From Octopus vulgaris (taxonomy: Eukaryota), in contig OX597815.1 of the NCBI GenBank assembly GCA_951406725.2, positions 183,458,001-183,522,000 on the forward strand: a stretch of 64,000 bases of DNA, written 5' to 3'. Below are positions 12,198 to 25,059 of this stretch, one piece after another. Position 1 is the first letter of the stretch. Each line of letters opens with the position of its first letter. The position numbers and the translations under genes are program-made. The notes beneath the pieces are model-generated. The model saw nothing but the letters and a program-made list of their open reading frames with translations. It had not been told where the DNA came from and searched no databases.

Positions 12198-12419
12198 CCC
12201 TTTTGTTACCATATTTCTGTTTAGATGTTCTGTGTTTCTTTCAATTACTTTAAATATAACAAAGAATTTAGTAAAATAACTTAGTTATCATTAAGCTAGT
12301 GTTATGAACATAAATTGTGACTTAAGGTTTGGTAGAAGATTTTAATTCAAAACTTATGAAAACAAAACGTTTGTAGTAAAGAGCCTGAGGTGGTTTCAGC
12401 CGGGATGGTAACGAAAGGG
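12198..12419. mobile_element. piggyBac-like MITE (same family, adjacent copy)
   Basis: TTAA|cccttttgttacc...ggtaacgaaaggg|TTAA. Confidence 0.85.
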
Positions 12420-12427
12420 TTAATTAT

Positions 12428-12639
12428 TCTTACTCTTTTACTTGTTTCAGTCATTTGACTGTGGCCATGCTGGAGCACCGCCCCTAGTCGAGTAAATTGA
12501 CCCCAGGACTTATTCTTTGGAAGCTTAGTACTTATTCTATCGGTCGCTTTTGCCGAACCGCTAAGTTATGGGGACGCAAACACACCACCATCGGCTGTCA
12601 AGCGATGCTGGGGGGGGGGGGGAGACAAACACAGACACA

Positions 12640-12712
<73 letters not shown>

Positions 12713-12872
12713 GACAGGCTTCTTTCAGTTTCCATCTACTAAATCCACTCACATGGCTTTGGTTGGCCCGAGGCTATAGCAGAAGACACTTGCCTAAGGT
12801 GCCACGCAGTGGAACTGAACTCGGAGCCATATTGTTGGTAAGCAAGCTACTTACCACACAGCCACTCCTGCA
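12428..12872 (-). mobile_element. SINE family A
   Basis: Full-length reverse copy with (CA)n(TA)n core. Confidence 0.9.
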
Positions 12873-13548
12873 CCTTAAAAAAAACATTTAAAAACTTATT
12901 GAACGAATTCAATAAATTTGACAAAATCCTTTTATGAGGTCTCCCAAAACAAGTTTTATAATAGAAGAAAAAATTTAATCCGAAAACTAATTTTATTTCA
13001 GGACCTGAATTGATTGTTAATACTATTATGAAAAATAACTTGAAACTGAGAAATGAATGTAGGTGACAGCTCATGATACATGCATCTTTATAGTGCAAAG
13101 GAAAATGGGTGCATAAATTGACAATTCGAAGGTCATGAAATTTCAAACCTCTGTAGTGGTCCTTTACGTTAGAACATCTTGTTTCTTCCAATCTGTATTG
13201 ATCTATAGAGCTGTCATTCAATGCGGACATCGACTGGAAAATAAATTTCCATCTCAGTCGATCACTGGGCTATCAGAAATAGCGATGTTTTTTTTTTTTT
13301 TTAGACGTAGGAACTCAGCATTGAAAACCAATAAACTGCAATGTTACTAATCCACATGAGGATAAGCTCTAGATCACGATTGATTAAATGAGAGCAAAGG
13401 AGTCTCAAATAGTAATATGGAACACTTTGTACCCTACCAACTATGTCACACTTTCTCCCATTGTAGCTTTCATTTATCCTGGTTCAATTCGCACGCAGCG
13501 AAGTTCCTGTCTACAGTTCGTTTGTCATAAATCCTTGGACAGTGCCCT

Positions 13549-13960
13549 ACAGGCGCAGGAGTGGCTGTGTGGTAAGTAACTTGCTTACCAACCACATGGT
13601 TCCAGGTTCAGTCCACTGCGTGGCATCTTGGGCAAGTGTCTTCTGCTATAGCCTCGGGCCGACCAATGCCTTGTGAGTGGATTTGGTAGACGGAAACTAG
13701 AAGAAGCCTGTCGTATATATATTTATATATATATGTATATGTGTGTTTGTGTGTCTGTGTTTGTCCCCCTGGCATTGCTTGACAACCGATGCTGGTGTGT
13801 TTACGTCCCTGTCACTTAGCGGTTCGGCAAAAGAGACCGATAGAATAAGTACTGGGCTTACAAAGAATAAGTCCCGGGGTCGATTTGCTCGATTAAAGGC
13901 GGTGCTCCAGCATGGCCGCAGTCAAATGACCGAAACAAGTAAAAGAGAGTAAAGAGAGTA
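13549..13960 (+). mobile_element. SINE family A
   Basis: Full-length copy. Confidence 0.9.
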
Positions 13961-14539
13961 CATATGAAATATATCTGTTCACCTGCTGTACCATACGTGA
14001 CCTCTGTGTGTAGACCAAAGTGGAAAGAAATTAACCGACTTGGTTAAGCGGGAACCTTTGAGACTTTTGAGAAAACATCATTTGTCTTGTCACCTGCAAT
14101 TTCCACACATGTTGCCATACAGCGCAGCACCTATCCGTCTTCTCTATCGTTTTATTCCATGGTTCTTCCATATCCTGATCCCAATAGAACAAAAACTGAT
14201 CTTTCTTCACGTATCAACTCAACTCTACGAATAAAATACTGAATTTCTTTCTTTTAGCTACATATATTTACAAAAATTCTCAATGTATTTCGATGTTTCC
14301 TTTAATAACAGCTATAAAAAAAAACCCCACACTTCACTAAACACCACACACCTCACGCGCGTGCACAGGCATATACACAAAGTTTTCGGGTTTTATGTCT
14401 CCTTTTTCAGGATCAGCTTGATGTATTGGTGAACAGTCAAAGGCGTTGGAGAGTACAGAGATTGAAGTTGTAGTTGAGAAAGACTTAGCTGAAATGGAAG
14501 AGTGGAAACTATTTGAATATTGGAAAAGACTTACCTGCA

Positions 14540-15665
14540 TCGGGATGATTCGAACTGAGTATCAAAATGCCCCCATCATAACCTATGCTCGGTGCTCTGT
14601 GAACCGTGTAAATGCTGTGAGACGTGACGTGGACGACTGCAACGAAGACAACAAAGTTATGACAAGCATAAAGAATCACAGCAGACTTCTGGCAGAATCC
14701 GCAGACTGGGATTCACCCCAACAACTACAGGACAAGGTGGTGGAAGATCTAAGCAAGGAAATATGTGCTTTGGCGAGGGAGATGGCTGTTGGAGTCGGTA
14801 CCATGAAACTGGCCCTGAATGTGGACCTTCGCTACCACTCGTAGAAGAGGTGCAAGGATCGAATTCTGGCGGTCAAATCCAAGGAGAACAACTTGACAGA
14901 AACAAAGAAGCTCCTGAACAAAGAGAGTCAACACGTTGACCCGGGGATGATCTGATTCTTCTCAGATGAAAAAAGAACTTCTGCTAGGATCAGGTGCATA
15001 ATCCCCAGAACAACAGCTGGCTTGCCTGCAATTGATGTGATGTCCCACATATCATGGAAACCAAGTTCTTCTAAACTGTGATGGTCTTTGGGTGTGTCTC
15101 CAGCGAGGGTGATGTCATCCTGCCTCACAACTTTGAAGACGGCTGTAGGCTACATTCAGACGGCTATGTGAAGCCGCTGGAGACTGTGGTCAAAGCCTGA
15201 CTGGACAGGGTTGCAGCTTGAAGGCCATATGTGTGGTAGCAGGATTCATCTCCTTGCCATACTTCAGCAAAGAGCCAGAAATAGTTGTCGGAGAATTTCT
15301 ACGATTTCACCAAATTCTGGCCTTCTTAATTCCTTCGATTGTAGATTACGAGGTGTTGTGCACAGTTAAGAGAGGCACCAGCCTCTCTGCCTGAAATAGC
15401 AAGGCCGAGCAGTTAGCCAAAGTCAAGAAGGTGTTCGAAGATCTTCCCAGGAACACAGTGAAAATAGAATGCCCCAAGTTCCGAAGCCGTATTGAGGCTG
15501 TGGTGGAAGCTGAGGGTAGCTACTTTGAAGAAACTTATCTCCCTGCCAAAATCTAATTGAGAGATTAAAAAAAAAATTTTTTTTAAGTACTTTTAATTTT
15601 GCGTAGGATATTGTGTTTACTTTTCGTTTTATGCAAACTGTCAAATTTAGCCCGGACACCCTGTA
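14540..15665 (+). mobile_element. Tc1/mariner superfamily maT (DD37D-type) transposase pseudogene
   Basis: FFSDEK, VMVFGCVSSEGDVILPH, PYVW*QDSSPCHTS motifs with stops and frameshifts; candidate right TIR end ...ggacaccctg|ta. Confidence 0.8.
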
Positions 15666-16531
15666 AATCACCATACTCACACATACCACCTTTCCTCCAT
15701 ACACAGCGATGCGAAACCTTACACACGTGTAATCAACAGCAACATACACAAAAAAATACACGCACACACACGGCATTCACACATACACATGACACATACT
15801 TATGATCACAAACATATGACATTCACTTAAGATCACTCTCTTAATTGTGAAACCCCTTCCATCCCCTTACATTTCCACTCCATTACTTCTCAGCATGACA
15901 ACAAGCTAGTTACACGCGAACCTTTTTCCACGGAGCTTTGCTCTTTTCTTCTGTCTATTCTTTCCTTTTATTTTCTTTGATGGACAGCAAAGAGTCCAAT
16001 ACATTCCTGTTCATTTCTGCGTGAAACTAATACAAGTTTATATTTCTGTTGTTCGTTTAATTGCCTAGTTTTTGACATACTTTCTTGGGATAAAATCTCC
16101 ATCTATGAAAATCTCAAACCATTCTTGTCTACGGTGAAAAATCGATTGTATCTATAACACCCTACGAATGAATAGGCATAAAACTGACTGCAGCAATGCA
16201 CCTACAAAACTTCAAAGCTTTTTTTCAGATCAGCTGTCAGCAGGTTTCGTGCCAAGCAAATAATAATTCAAAGTGACTATTGATTGAAGCAAATCATTTG
16301 GAAAAACCTATAAAGAAAAATAGTCCTGGTACATTTCTATCTAAGTATTAGGGAGGTGTTACCTTTTGAACAGCAGAAAATTCCCAGCAGCCATGAGCAA
16401 TGGACGGTCTAATGCTTAATTTTAGTCAAGGTATATCAAGGTACATTGCCATTCTGTTTTATTTTTATTTCATTCCTTTCCTTCGTTGACTTCTCAAAAG
16501 AATTGGTCTAAGCAAATGAGTACAGCTTATA

Positions 16532-16987
<456 letters not shown>

Positions 16988-17289
16988 CACCACCGTCTGG
17001 CAACAGGTGCTGGTGTGTTTACGTCCCTGTACTCTAGCGGTTCGGCAAAAGAGAACTATAGAATAAGCACTTGGTTTTTAAAAAATTAGGGCTGGGTGTC
17101 GATTTATTGGACTAAAAATTCAAGGTGGTGCTCCAGTATGGCCGTGGTCTAATGACTGAAACAAGTTCAAGATATACCCTTACATTCAGAAGTCAACTTG
17201 AGATTTGGAACACTGGAAAAACGAGTCTGGTCAGACAAGGATTTGAAAATGTTCGCCAAGTTTCGTATCTATGATGCTTGCAACATCTA

Positions 17290-17512
17290 TTTCTTTACTA
17301 CCCACAAGGGGCTAAACAGAGTGGACAAACTAGGACAGACAAAGGGATTAAGTTGATTACATCGACCCTAGTGCGTAACTGGTACTTAATTTATCGACCC
17401 CGAAAGGATGAAAGTCAAAGTCGACCTCGGCGGAATTTGAACTCAGAACGTAACGGCAGACGAAACACGGCTACGCATTTTACCCGGCGTGCTAACGTTT
17501 CTGCCAGCTCAT
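17290..17512 (-). mobile_element. SINE family B
   Basis: Reverse copy including tail. Confidence 0.88.
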
Positions 17513-17539
17513 AAACATGTTCTACCAATCCAAATCATG

Positions 17540-17682
17540 GGCCCCGTATCAAGACTATTGAAAAGGTTGCAACACGCAACGAAAATTTTAGAGAATAAAA
17601 ATAAAAAATAAGTGGAAATTTTACCGGTGAGTGTGTTAAATAATAAGGCACTAAAAGAGAATGACTCTCCCCAGACACAACA

Positions 17683-17683
<1 letters not shown>
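17540..17683 (+). mobile_element. Fold-back/PLE-like terminal repeat abutting (TA)n, with hammerhead-like motif
   Basis: Homologous to 20053-20216; contains ttgaaaa-g-gttgc-aacac-gcaac-gaaa-atttt. Confidence 0.5.
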
Positions 17684-17749
<66 letters not shown>

Positions 17750-17876
17750 TATACAACTTATAAATAAGGGCAAACGAAAAAATGTCTAAGTTGTTTATAA
17801 TTTTAACCTTTAAAGGTATTTTTTAATATGCTGGCCATTGATAAAATTTTTTTTTCGAAAAAATTTTATCCTACAT

Positions 17877-17916
<40 letters not shown>

Positions 17917-19129
17917 GTTAGAGGATATGTTAACCTTGTGAAGGGATGGCTGCATCCAAGGAAATACTTGTTCAATACCTGGTATTTTTGGGGTGGGTGG
18001 GTGGATGAAATTCTCTTAAAACAATAAACAGTTTATATCCATTGAAGAGAAGGAAAGAAAATGAAGGTAAGGCAGTTGATAATTATTATTAACAAATTGG
18101 TCATCAATTTGTTAATAATAAACAATTATTAACTTCTTATCTCCATTTTATTCTTTTAAATATATGTGTGTGTGTCGCCAGTTGCCAATTTTGATAGCAA
18201 TATTCATCTATGTTGATCGGCGGCAAGCTGGCAGAATCGTTAGCATGCCGGATGAAATGCTTAGCAACATTTCGTTCATCTTTACTTTCTGAGTTCAAAT
18301 GCCACCAAGATCAACTTTACCTGTCATCCTTTCAGGGTCGATTAAATAAGTACCAATTGAGCACTAGGGGTCGATGTAATCGACTTACTCCCTTGCCCGA
18401 AATTGCTGGCTTTGTGCCAAAATTTAAAATCTGTTTATCTATATTATATATTATTTTACCAGCCATAGTTTTTTTTTTTACAGGTGAGTATTTTTATGTA
18501 GAATATTAGATTTTTACAGTAATGTCAAAGCGTTTGAAAGATTCAGTTGCTGACCCTCTACAAAACATTGAGTATAATCTGGTACGATAGTTTGATTCCA
18601 CACACAAACAGCTTTTATTTTGCATTCTTCGCGACTCAATAACAAATGTACCAGTTGTACAGTTTCAATAAAATCGACAACAGCTCTTTGAAGTATTTTA
18701 GCCACTGCATCGTACAAATGTAATAAAAATAAGGTGTAGAAGTCGAAGTTACCTTTTATTCTGAAAGATTCACTTCGACTAAGAAATCGATTTCTTTCAG
18801 TAGCGTAAATAAAGGCGTCAACTTTTAAAACTAACTCTGAAATCTACTCTATTGATTATTGAAAGAAAATGAAAAATATGTACATTATATATTGAGATAT
18901 TTGTACCTATGAAAGTATGAATGTATGTATGTACGCATATATGTATGTTTATATGTATCCGTTTATGTATGCGTGCGTATGGGAATTTCAGCAACATCAA
19001 TGGGGTATTTTTGTATCTATGTATGTATATCTCTTCAATTTTTTAATTATTACAATATATTCCATTGAGGAGGAAGCCGGTTTCCAACAAAGATACAAGG
19101 CTCCATCTTTGGGATGTACTTAAAACAGA

Positions 19130-19480
19130 TAATTCACTTTTGTAACTTGAGAAAAGTCTTGCATATTTTTACTGTTCCACTCACAGATCGGACTTGTAAT
19201 GTACAAATCAGCCGGTCGATTTCTCTTCTTAAAATCCCAGTTTATCCAGATTCTCCTTTAAGCATTTACTAACAAAACCTATTGCGCCAATTATTATTGG
19301 TATAAATACGAATTCATAGCCTGGATATAGAAGCTGGAGATTTTGAAGCAGTTGTCCATAGATATCCTCTTTTTCTTTGATTTTCAAAGAGATATTTATA
19401 TCTGCAAGGCAGCTGGCCTCTATGAAGGTACATGCCTTTGACCCTCTGTCGCAAACGACAACATCTGGCCTGTTATGTAT
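19130..19480 (-). mobile_element. R2/R4-group LINE restriction-like endonuclease fragment
   Basis: HNRPDVVVCDRGSKACTFIEASC...KIKEKEDIYGQL...IPIIIGAIG. Confidence 0.85.
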
Positions 19481-19729
19481 GTAAATATTCAGTTTTATTT
19501 CAAAGTTTCTTGTCAATAGAGAAATAGCCGGTTTCTAACCTAGATCCGTGGTTCCTTCATTGGAATTTCAACAACATCAACAGGATATGTATACACGTAT
19601 GTATGTGTGTGTGTATGTATGTATATGTGCAGATTTGCATGATTTGGTTGCTGTATGGCTTATGCATATAGTTGCATGTCTAGACATGCTCATATATACT
19701 TGTGTGTGTATATGTTTTTCCGTTTTAAT

Positions 19730-20216
19730 TTAGAGTAAATTTCGACCGGCCATCTACTTGATAACAAGGTTGTAAAGGAAAGCATCTTGTTTTGTTCATC
19801 ATTCCGGTGTTTGTAAATACGTGGTTAAGTTGGTGTGTTGGTTGAACTGTCGATGCATCAATTCAGCAAAAGACTCTCAGATGGAGAATCTTTGGAATGT
19901 CTTAAAAAATCTTCATCGTGCCACTGATAGATTGGTTGTGGAGAATCCGTGTCAGGTTATTTTGCCGTTTTTCCATGAAAACGATTATTTCTATTTCATT
20001 TTTGGATTTGGTTTGCAAGATTCTTTATATGAGTTCGTGTGTTGAAGCATATTCTGTTGTGTCTGGAAAGAGTCATTTTCTTTTTGTACCTTATAATTTA
20101 ACACACTCACCGGTAAAATTTCCACTTATTTCTTATTTTTATTTTCCTAAAATTTTCGGTGAGTGCGTTAAATTATAAGGCACAAAAATAAAAATGACTC
20201 TCCCCAGACACAACAG
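19730..20216 (-). mobile_element. PLE-like element 5' fragment with inverted terminal duplication
   Basis: Inverted repeat about 20053-20112 vs 20157-20216; decayed ORF start MTLSRHNRICFNTRTHIKNLANQIQK. Confidence 0.55.
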
Positions 20217-21601
20217 ATTATTTCTATATTTTTGTGCAAGTTTGTTTGGCAATGTCTGTAATTGTTTCTGTTGAATACAATTGTGCTTTTGCTTTATATT
20301 ACTTTTTATTGCTTATGTAATGGGTTGTGGTACCATATAAAGTTTGTATCATGAGCAGCGCTTGGTCTTTATTTAGCAAGTGTTATTTCAGTTTATTTTA
20401 CTGAATTAGAAAAACCTAACAGGTCACCTAAGAAAAAATAAATTCAGACAAAAATTTAGTATGGTATTGTGCATTTAAATTTATATTTGACGGTATTTAG
20501 CTACATTTTTTCTCGTTAATATTGTAAGAAAACGACTGGGTACTCTCCCTAAGTGTGTGTGTGTGTGTGTGTGTGGTATTGTGTTTTGTATGTTGTATGT
20601 GCATATTGTACATACAAACACGTACACTACTTCGAGTTTCATGCTCAGATAGTGTATTAATCAGATGATCACTGCACTACGTGAGCATAAAAATTAAAGT
20701 CGGCCACATAAAACCTCTTTCATTCATTAAATGGTATCTTTAAAACTTACTAAAATGAGTGGTTTCTTTTTTGTTGTTGGCTGATCCTTTCAATAAGCAA
20801 TCACACACACACATGTATGTGTACACATGCATACGTATGTTTGTATGTGTTCGCACACACATACTTTTATATATAAACGCTATACCAACATTCATTTCGG
20901 AAATATGACAAGGAGAGATTTGAACCCCAAATCTTCCGTTTGAAATCCCTGTTGCAAGTCCCGAACATAATCTTGTCTTTTTATATGTTAAAATTTTCGC
21001 ATAAATGGACCCGAATGCTTATTTATATAATAAAGAATGTGTTTGTTGCAAAAATATCGTTGGGCGTTAATCGAGATTTGGTTCTTCAGACACATTTGTT
21101 TACACATTCTTCACTGTATAATATCGATTGTTCGTTATTCTACAGAGCAGTGGAAACACGATTATTTTAATACGAAATATCCGCTTCAAATTTTGGCACA
21201 AGGCCAGCAAGTTCGGGAAAGGGGGCAAGTCTATTACATTGACCCCAGTACTCAGCAAGTACTTATTTTATCGACCCCGAAAGGATGAAAGTCTCAGTCA
21301 ACCTCGGCGGAATTTTAATACTAGATATTAAAATATTCTCTTTCCCGAACACATCGGGTTGACATATTTTCATTAAAATTTAAAATCTCTCACACACACA
21401 CACGAAGTTTCCTGAAGGCTTGTGTAACGTATAGAAAACTTTACAAAAGATGAGGCTTTATATATCGTCAAGTTAAACTAAAACAATAAATTATAATTGA
21501 AAATCTTCTTGGAAAAGGAAATTTCGAAATATCTTAGAATCGCAATTTGATAATTAATATATCGTTTTCTCTCTTTTTATTTTTCGTTTCAGACTAATAA
21601 A

Positions 21602-23137
21602 ATGCTTCGAAAAGCAACGTCGAAATATCAAGTTGGATTTCTTTGGAAGCAGAGTAATCGAGATGGGCACCAGATTCCGGGTTTCAGAAAAATGAATCCT
21701 TCAACGAGCGACAGTTTGCAGGTCAAAAGCGGAGTAAAGTATAATACTTTTTATAATGAACCAAAGAACGAAGCAAATAATGAAAATCCCTCAACAACTT
21801 TGAAACCCATAAACTCGAGTAGTTGTCGCTTTGATAATATTATTGGTGATAGTGAATCACTCTCCTTCAAAGATAACCAACGAAGCTTGAGGGTTTCGAA
21901 CAATAACAGGTGCTTACTAAATCCGAACGACGAAAACTTTTATGGTTTTCGTAACAAGAACAACCTTCGAAATTATAAAAATCTACAATTTGTTAAAACA
22001 GTCGATTGTACACTGGACGTTAGTGCAAACCAGAAGGAAGTAGGAAAGAGTTCAGATAATAACAGACATTCGGGATATTCGAAAAATAGGAAAAACGTTT
22101 CCTTTATTTCATTAAATCAAGCGGCTGGAAATTATTCTAAACAACCATGGTATGTACCTAATTTTGATTATTGCTTATCAAAAGCCTCCGAGGGTTCCAA
22201 GATTGATATTCTTCGCGCGTCAAGTCCTTCGAAACAACGCGGTAGTTTAAAAAATTTCAAGAAAATTATGAGACCTTCACTCAAGGAAGTAGAAGCAAAT
22301 GTAAACGGTTTTAATATAAAAAGAATTTCCAACGAGCCTCGACAATCCTCACGATGTGAATCAGCTTACCCACAGAAACACTTGGGGCAGTCTTTACTGA
22401 ACTGTGATATTTCAACAGCGAACAATGCGTCTGTTAATCACAACCGTAAACGAAACGAAGAAATAAAGGAAAAGTCCTTGAACAAACCATTCCAAGTTTT
22501 TACTGATGTCTCTTCCGCTGCCACAAAAGACTCAGATAATAAAAGAACAAAATTTAAATCTAATACAAAATATGCTCGGAAATACAGCTTTCAGCAATTA
22601 AAAATGAATAGCAAACTTTATCAAAATAAATTAGTTTTAACGAAAACGGAAAAAAATAATTTCAACGAGACTGTCAATGCAAATAATATAATACAAAACA
22701 AAACTAATCAAAATCGAGACTTTTCTTTTGCTGAAAGTGAAAAGAATAGGAAAAGGCCTGAAAGAAGGAAATTCGAAGATAATGAAGAAACAGTCACTGC
22801 AAATTATATTTCCAGAGGATATTTAAAACCAGATACAAAACCAAATTTGCTTGAGTTAACAGGTTTAAAATTGCCTTTACAAATGTCTAATAAAACTTTT
22901 ATTCCTTACCCTTTGAAATATTTCAACAACCATTCACTTCAAGCTACACAAACAAATACAAGTCGAATTATAGGTTTTAACAGAAGTCCTGCTCTTCTGA
23001 CAATAAAAAACATTGTCCTCCACGATGCTGCATCCAGACAATCAAAGAAAAAGGAACTCAAAGAGAACAATATCCTTAAATGGTTGGAAGATTGTTCTAA
23101 AGTGTTACTCGATACTAGTTTTTCTCATATATTTTAG
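21602..23137 (+). CDS. Uncharacterised 511-aa N/K/S-rich basic, probably disordered protein; single large (likely terminal) exon
   Basis: 1536-bp uninterrupted ORF in very AT-rich DNA with no TE motifs I recognise. Polypyrimidine tract plus CAG acceptor ends at 21592, frame open from 21593; AATAAA at 23302-23307. Confidence 0.75.
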   Translation: MLRKATSKYQVGFLWKQSNRDGHQIPGFRKMNPSTSDSLQVKSGVKYNTFYNEPKNEANNENPSTTLKPINSSSCRFDNIIGDSESLSFKDNQRSLRVSNNNRCLLNPNDENFYGFRNKNNLRNYKNLQFVKTVDCTLDVSANQKEVGKSSDNNRHSGYSKNRKNVSFISLNQAAGNYSKQPWYVPNFDYCLSKASEGSKIDILRASSPSKQRGSLKNFKKIMRPSLKEVEANVNGFNIKRISNEPRQSSRCESAYPQKHLGQSLLNCDISTANNASVNHNRKRNEEIKEKSLNKPFQVFTDVSSAATKDSDNKRTKFKSNTKYARKYSFQQLKMNSKLYQNKLVLTKTEKNNFNETVNANNIIQNKTNQNRDFSFAESEKNRKRPERRKFEDNEETVTANYISRGYLKPDTKPNLLELTGLKLPLQMSNKTFIPYPLKYFNNHSLQATQTNTSRIIGFNRSPALLTIKNIVLHDAASRQSKKKELKENNILKWLEDCSKVLLDTSFSHIF

Positions 23138-24635
23138 TATCTTCATTTTGAACGTCAGTCGATGTTGTTAAATCAGAAGAGTTGGCAAAACGGAAGTCGT
23201 AACTATTTCCGCATAATTCTTACGATTTCAATCCAAGCTCAAAATTCATTTTCATCACATTTTTTAAAGAGAAGTATATTAATTGTGTATATCTTATTAA
23301 GAATAAAGAAAATTAGAATGATTTCATTCGTGCAATTTATTTCATTAAATTATTCATAATTGACTTTACAGTTTCTCTACAGAATAGAAGTCATGATAAT
23401 ATGATAAAGTACCACTACAGAATTAGACCCAGTTGAGAGAAACCATGAAACCTGCGATTGAATGTTTCACGATTTTTAGTTTCGTCGAGACAACTAGCTG
23501 ACAGAACCGTTAGCACTTGGGACAAAATGTTTAATACAAAACGCGACGGGCCACGATCGTGGTCATCAGGCATAGGTCTACAGGCCACGATCGTGGCTCA
23601 GATAGATGCATTAAATTTATGGGCATTTGTTGGGGGTCTAATGTCACTCAAACGCTTCGAAACCCCCCCCCCAGAATGCAAGAGGACAATTAGTTCAACT
23701 AACGAATTACCTGATGATTTAAAACTTGCCATCATTATATTGTTTGTTCCTTCTCAAGCCATGCCTGGCTCATAAGGGCAGGTTTCCCGGTTTCCTTGGC
23801 GTATAGGTTCCCCACCTGGACGGGACGCCGGTCCGTCGCAAGTGAGCTGCAAGATGCAGGAGGAAAGAGTGACAGAATGTTGTGGCCAAAGAGTCAGCCA
23901 TTATCTTCTGCCGGAGCCGCGTGGAGCTTAGGTGTTTCGCCCATCTGAGAATTGAACCCGCGATCTCTCAACAGCGAGTCCGCTGCTCTAACCACTAGGC
24001 CATGTGCCTCCACGCCATCATTATATACTAAGAAGATATTTTTACTATTTTTTTTTTTTATAGTAGTCTCATTTTCATAAAATGTTCGAGAACGAAAGTT
24101 TGCAACACACTAGGATTTTATAAAATAAGAAAGCTGGCCCCGTGCCATAAAAACAATGACGACTAATTATAGTATTATATATATAAATATGGATGGTGAA
24201 TCAAATTAATACACATGTCAATGTTCATATACATTCACATACTTCCCTTGTACACGTACACACATATACTCACACAGAGTTGAAACGCTGCTTGATTTTT
24301 TTTCTTTTCAGCGATGAATGTTCACCATCTCACCAGTTTGCCATCACTCCTTTCTTTCTCATTCATATGTTATGATGGAGAAAAATACAAGAGTATTATT
24401 ATAGTCGATTATCTTTCTCCCTCCTTGTGCGCATGGTTACTATAAAAACAGAGTTTTTCGTCACAGTGACGTATAAAATACACGCTTCTAATTGGCTAAA
24501 GTACCCAAATTTGGCAAATTTTAAAGGCTAGTAACTTCAATTATGCATTTATAGGAAAAATGAATTTCATTTTCATAATTAGTATACAAAATCCATAAAC
24601 CAAATTTGAAAACAGTTGGAACAAAATTGTAAACA

Positions 24636-24778
24636 GTGGCTGTGTGGTAAGTAGCTTGCTTACCAACCACATGGTTCCGGGTTCAGTCCCATTGTGTGGC
24701 AACTTGGGCAAGTGTCTTCTATTACAGCCTTGTGAGTGGATTTGGTAGACGGAAACTGAAAGAATCCCGTCGTATACT

Positions 24779-24819
<41 letters not shown>

Positions 24820-25055
24820 ATGTATGTGTGTGTGTGTGTATGTGTGTGTATGTATGTATGTTTATGTGTCTGTCTCCCTCCAACATCGCTTGACAACCGA
24901 TGCTGGTGTGTTTACGTCGCCGTACCTTAGCGGTTCGGCAAAAGAGACCGATAAAATAAGTACTAGGCTTACAAAGAATAAGTCCTCGGGTCGATTTGTT
25001 CGACTAAAGGCGGTGCTCCAGCATGGCCACAATCAAATGAGTGAAACAAATAAAA
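24636..25055 (+). mobile_element. SINE family A
   Basis: Near full-length copy. Confidence 0.88.
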
Positions 25056-25059
25056 TAGT

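Noticed and set aside
17930-17975. Possible further hammerhead (tgtgaag-ggatg-gctg-catcc-aaggaaa)
   Set aside because: Core too degenerate and no clear stem I or III
19993-20000. In-frame TGA in the PLE-like ORF start (possible selenocysteine as in Naiad PLEs)
   Set aside because: The paralogous copy has Arg (CGT) at this position and further stops follow; CpG decay is the simpler explanation
23549-23598. Duplicated palindrome ggccacgatcgtgg
   Set aside because: Too short and isolated to assign a function
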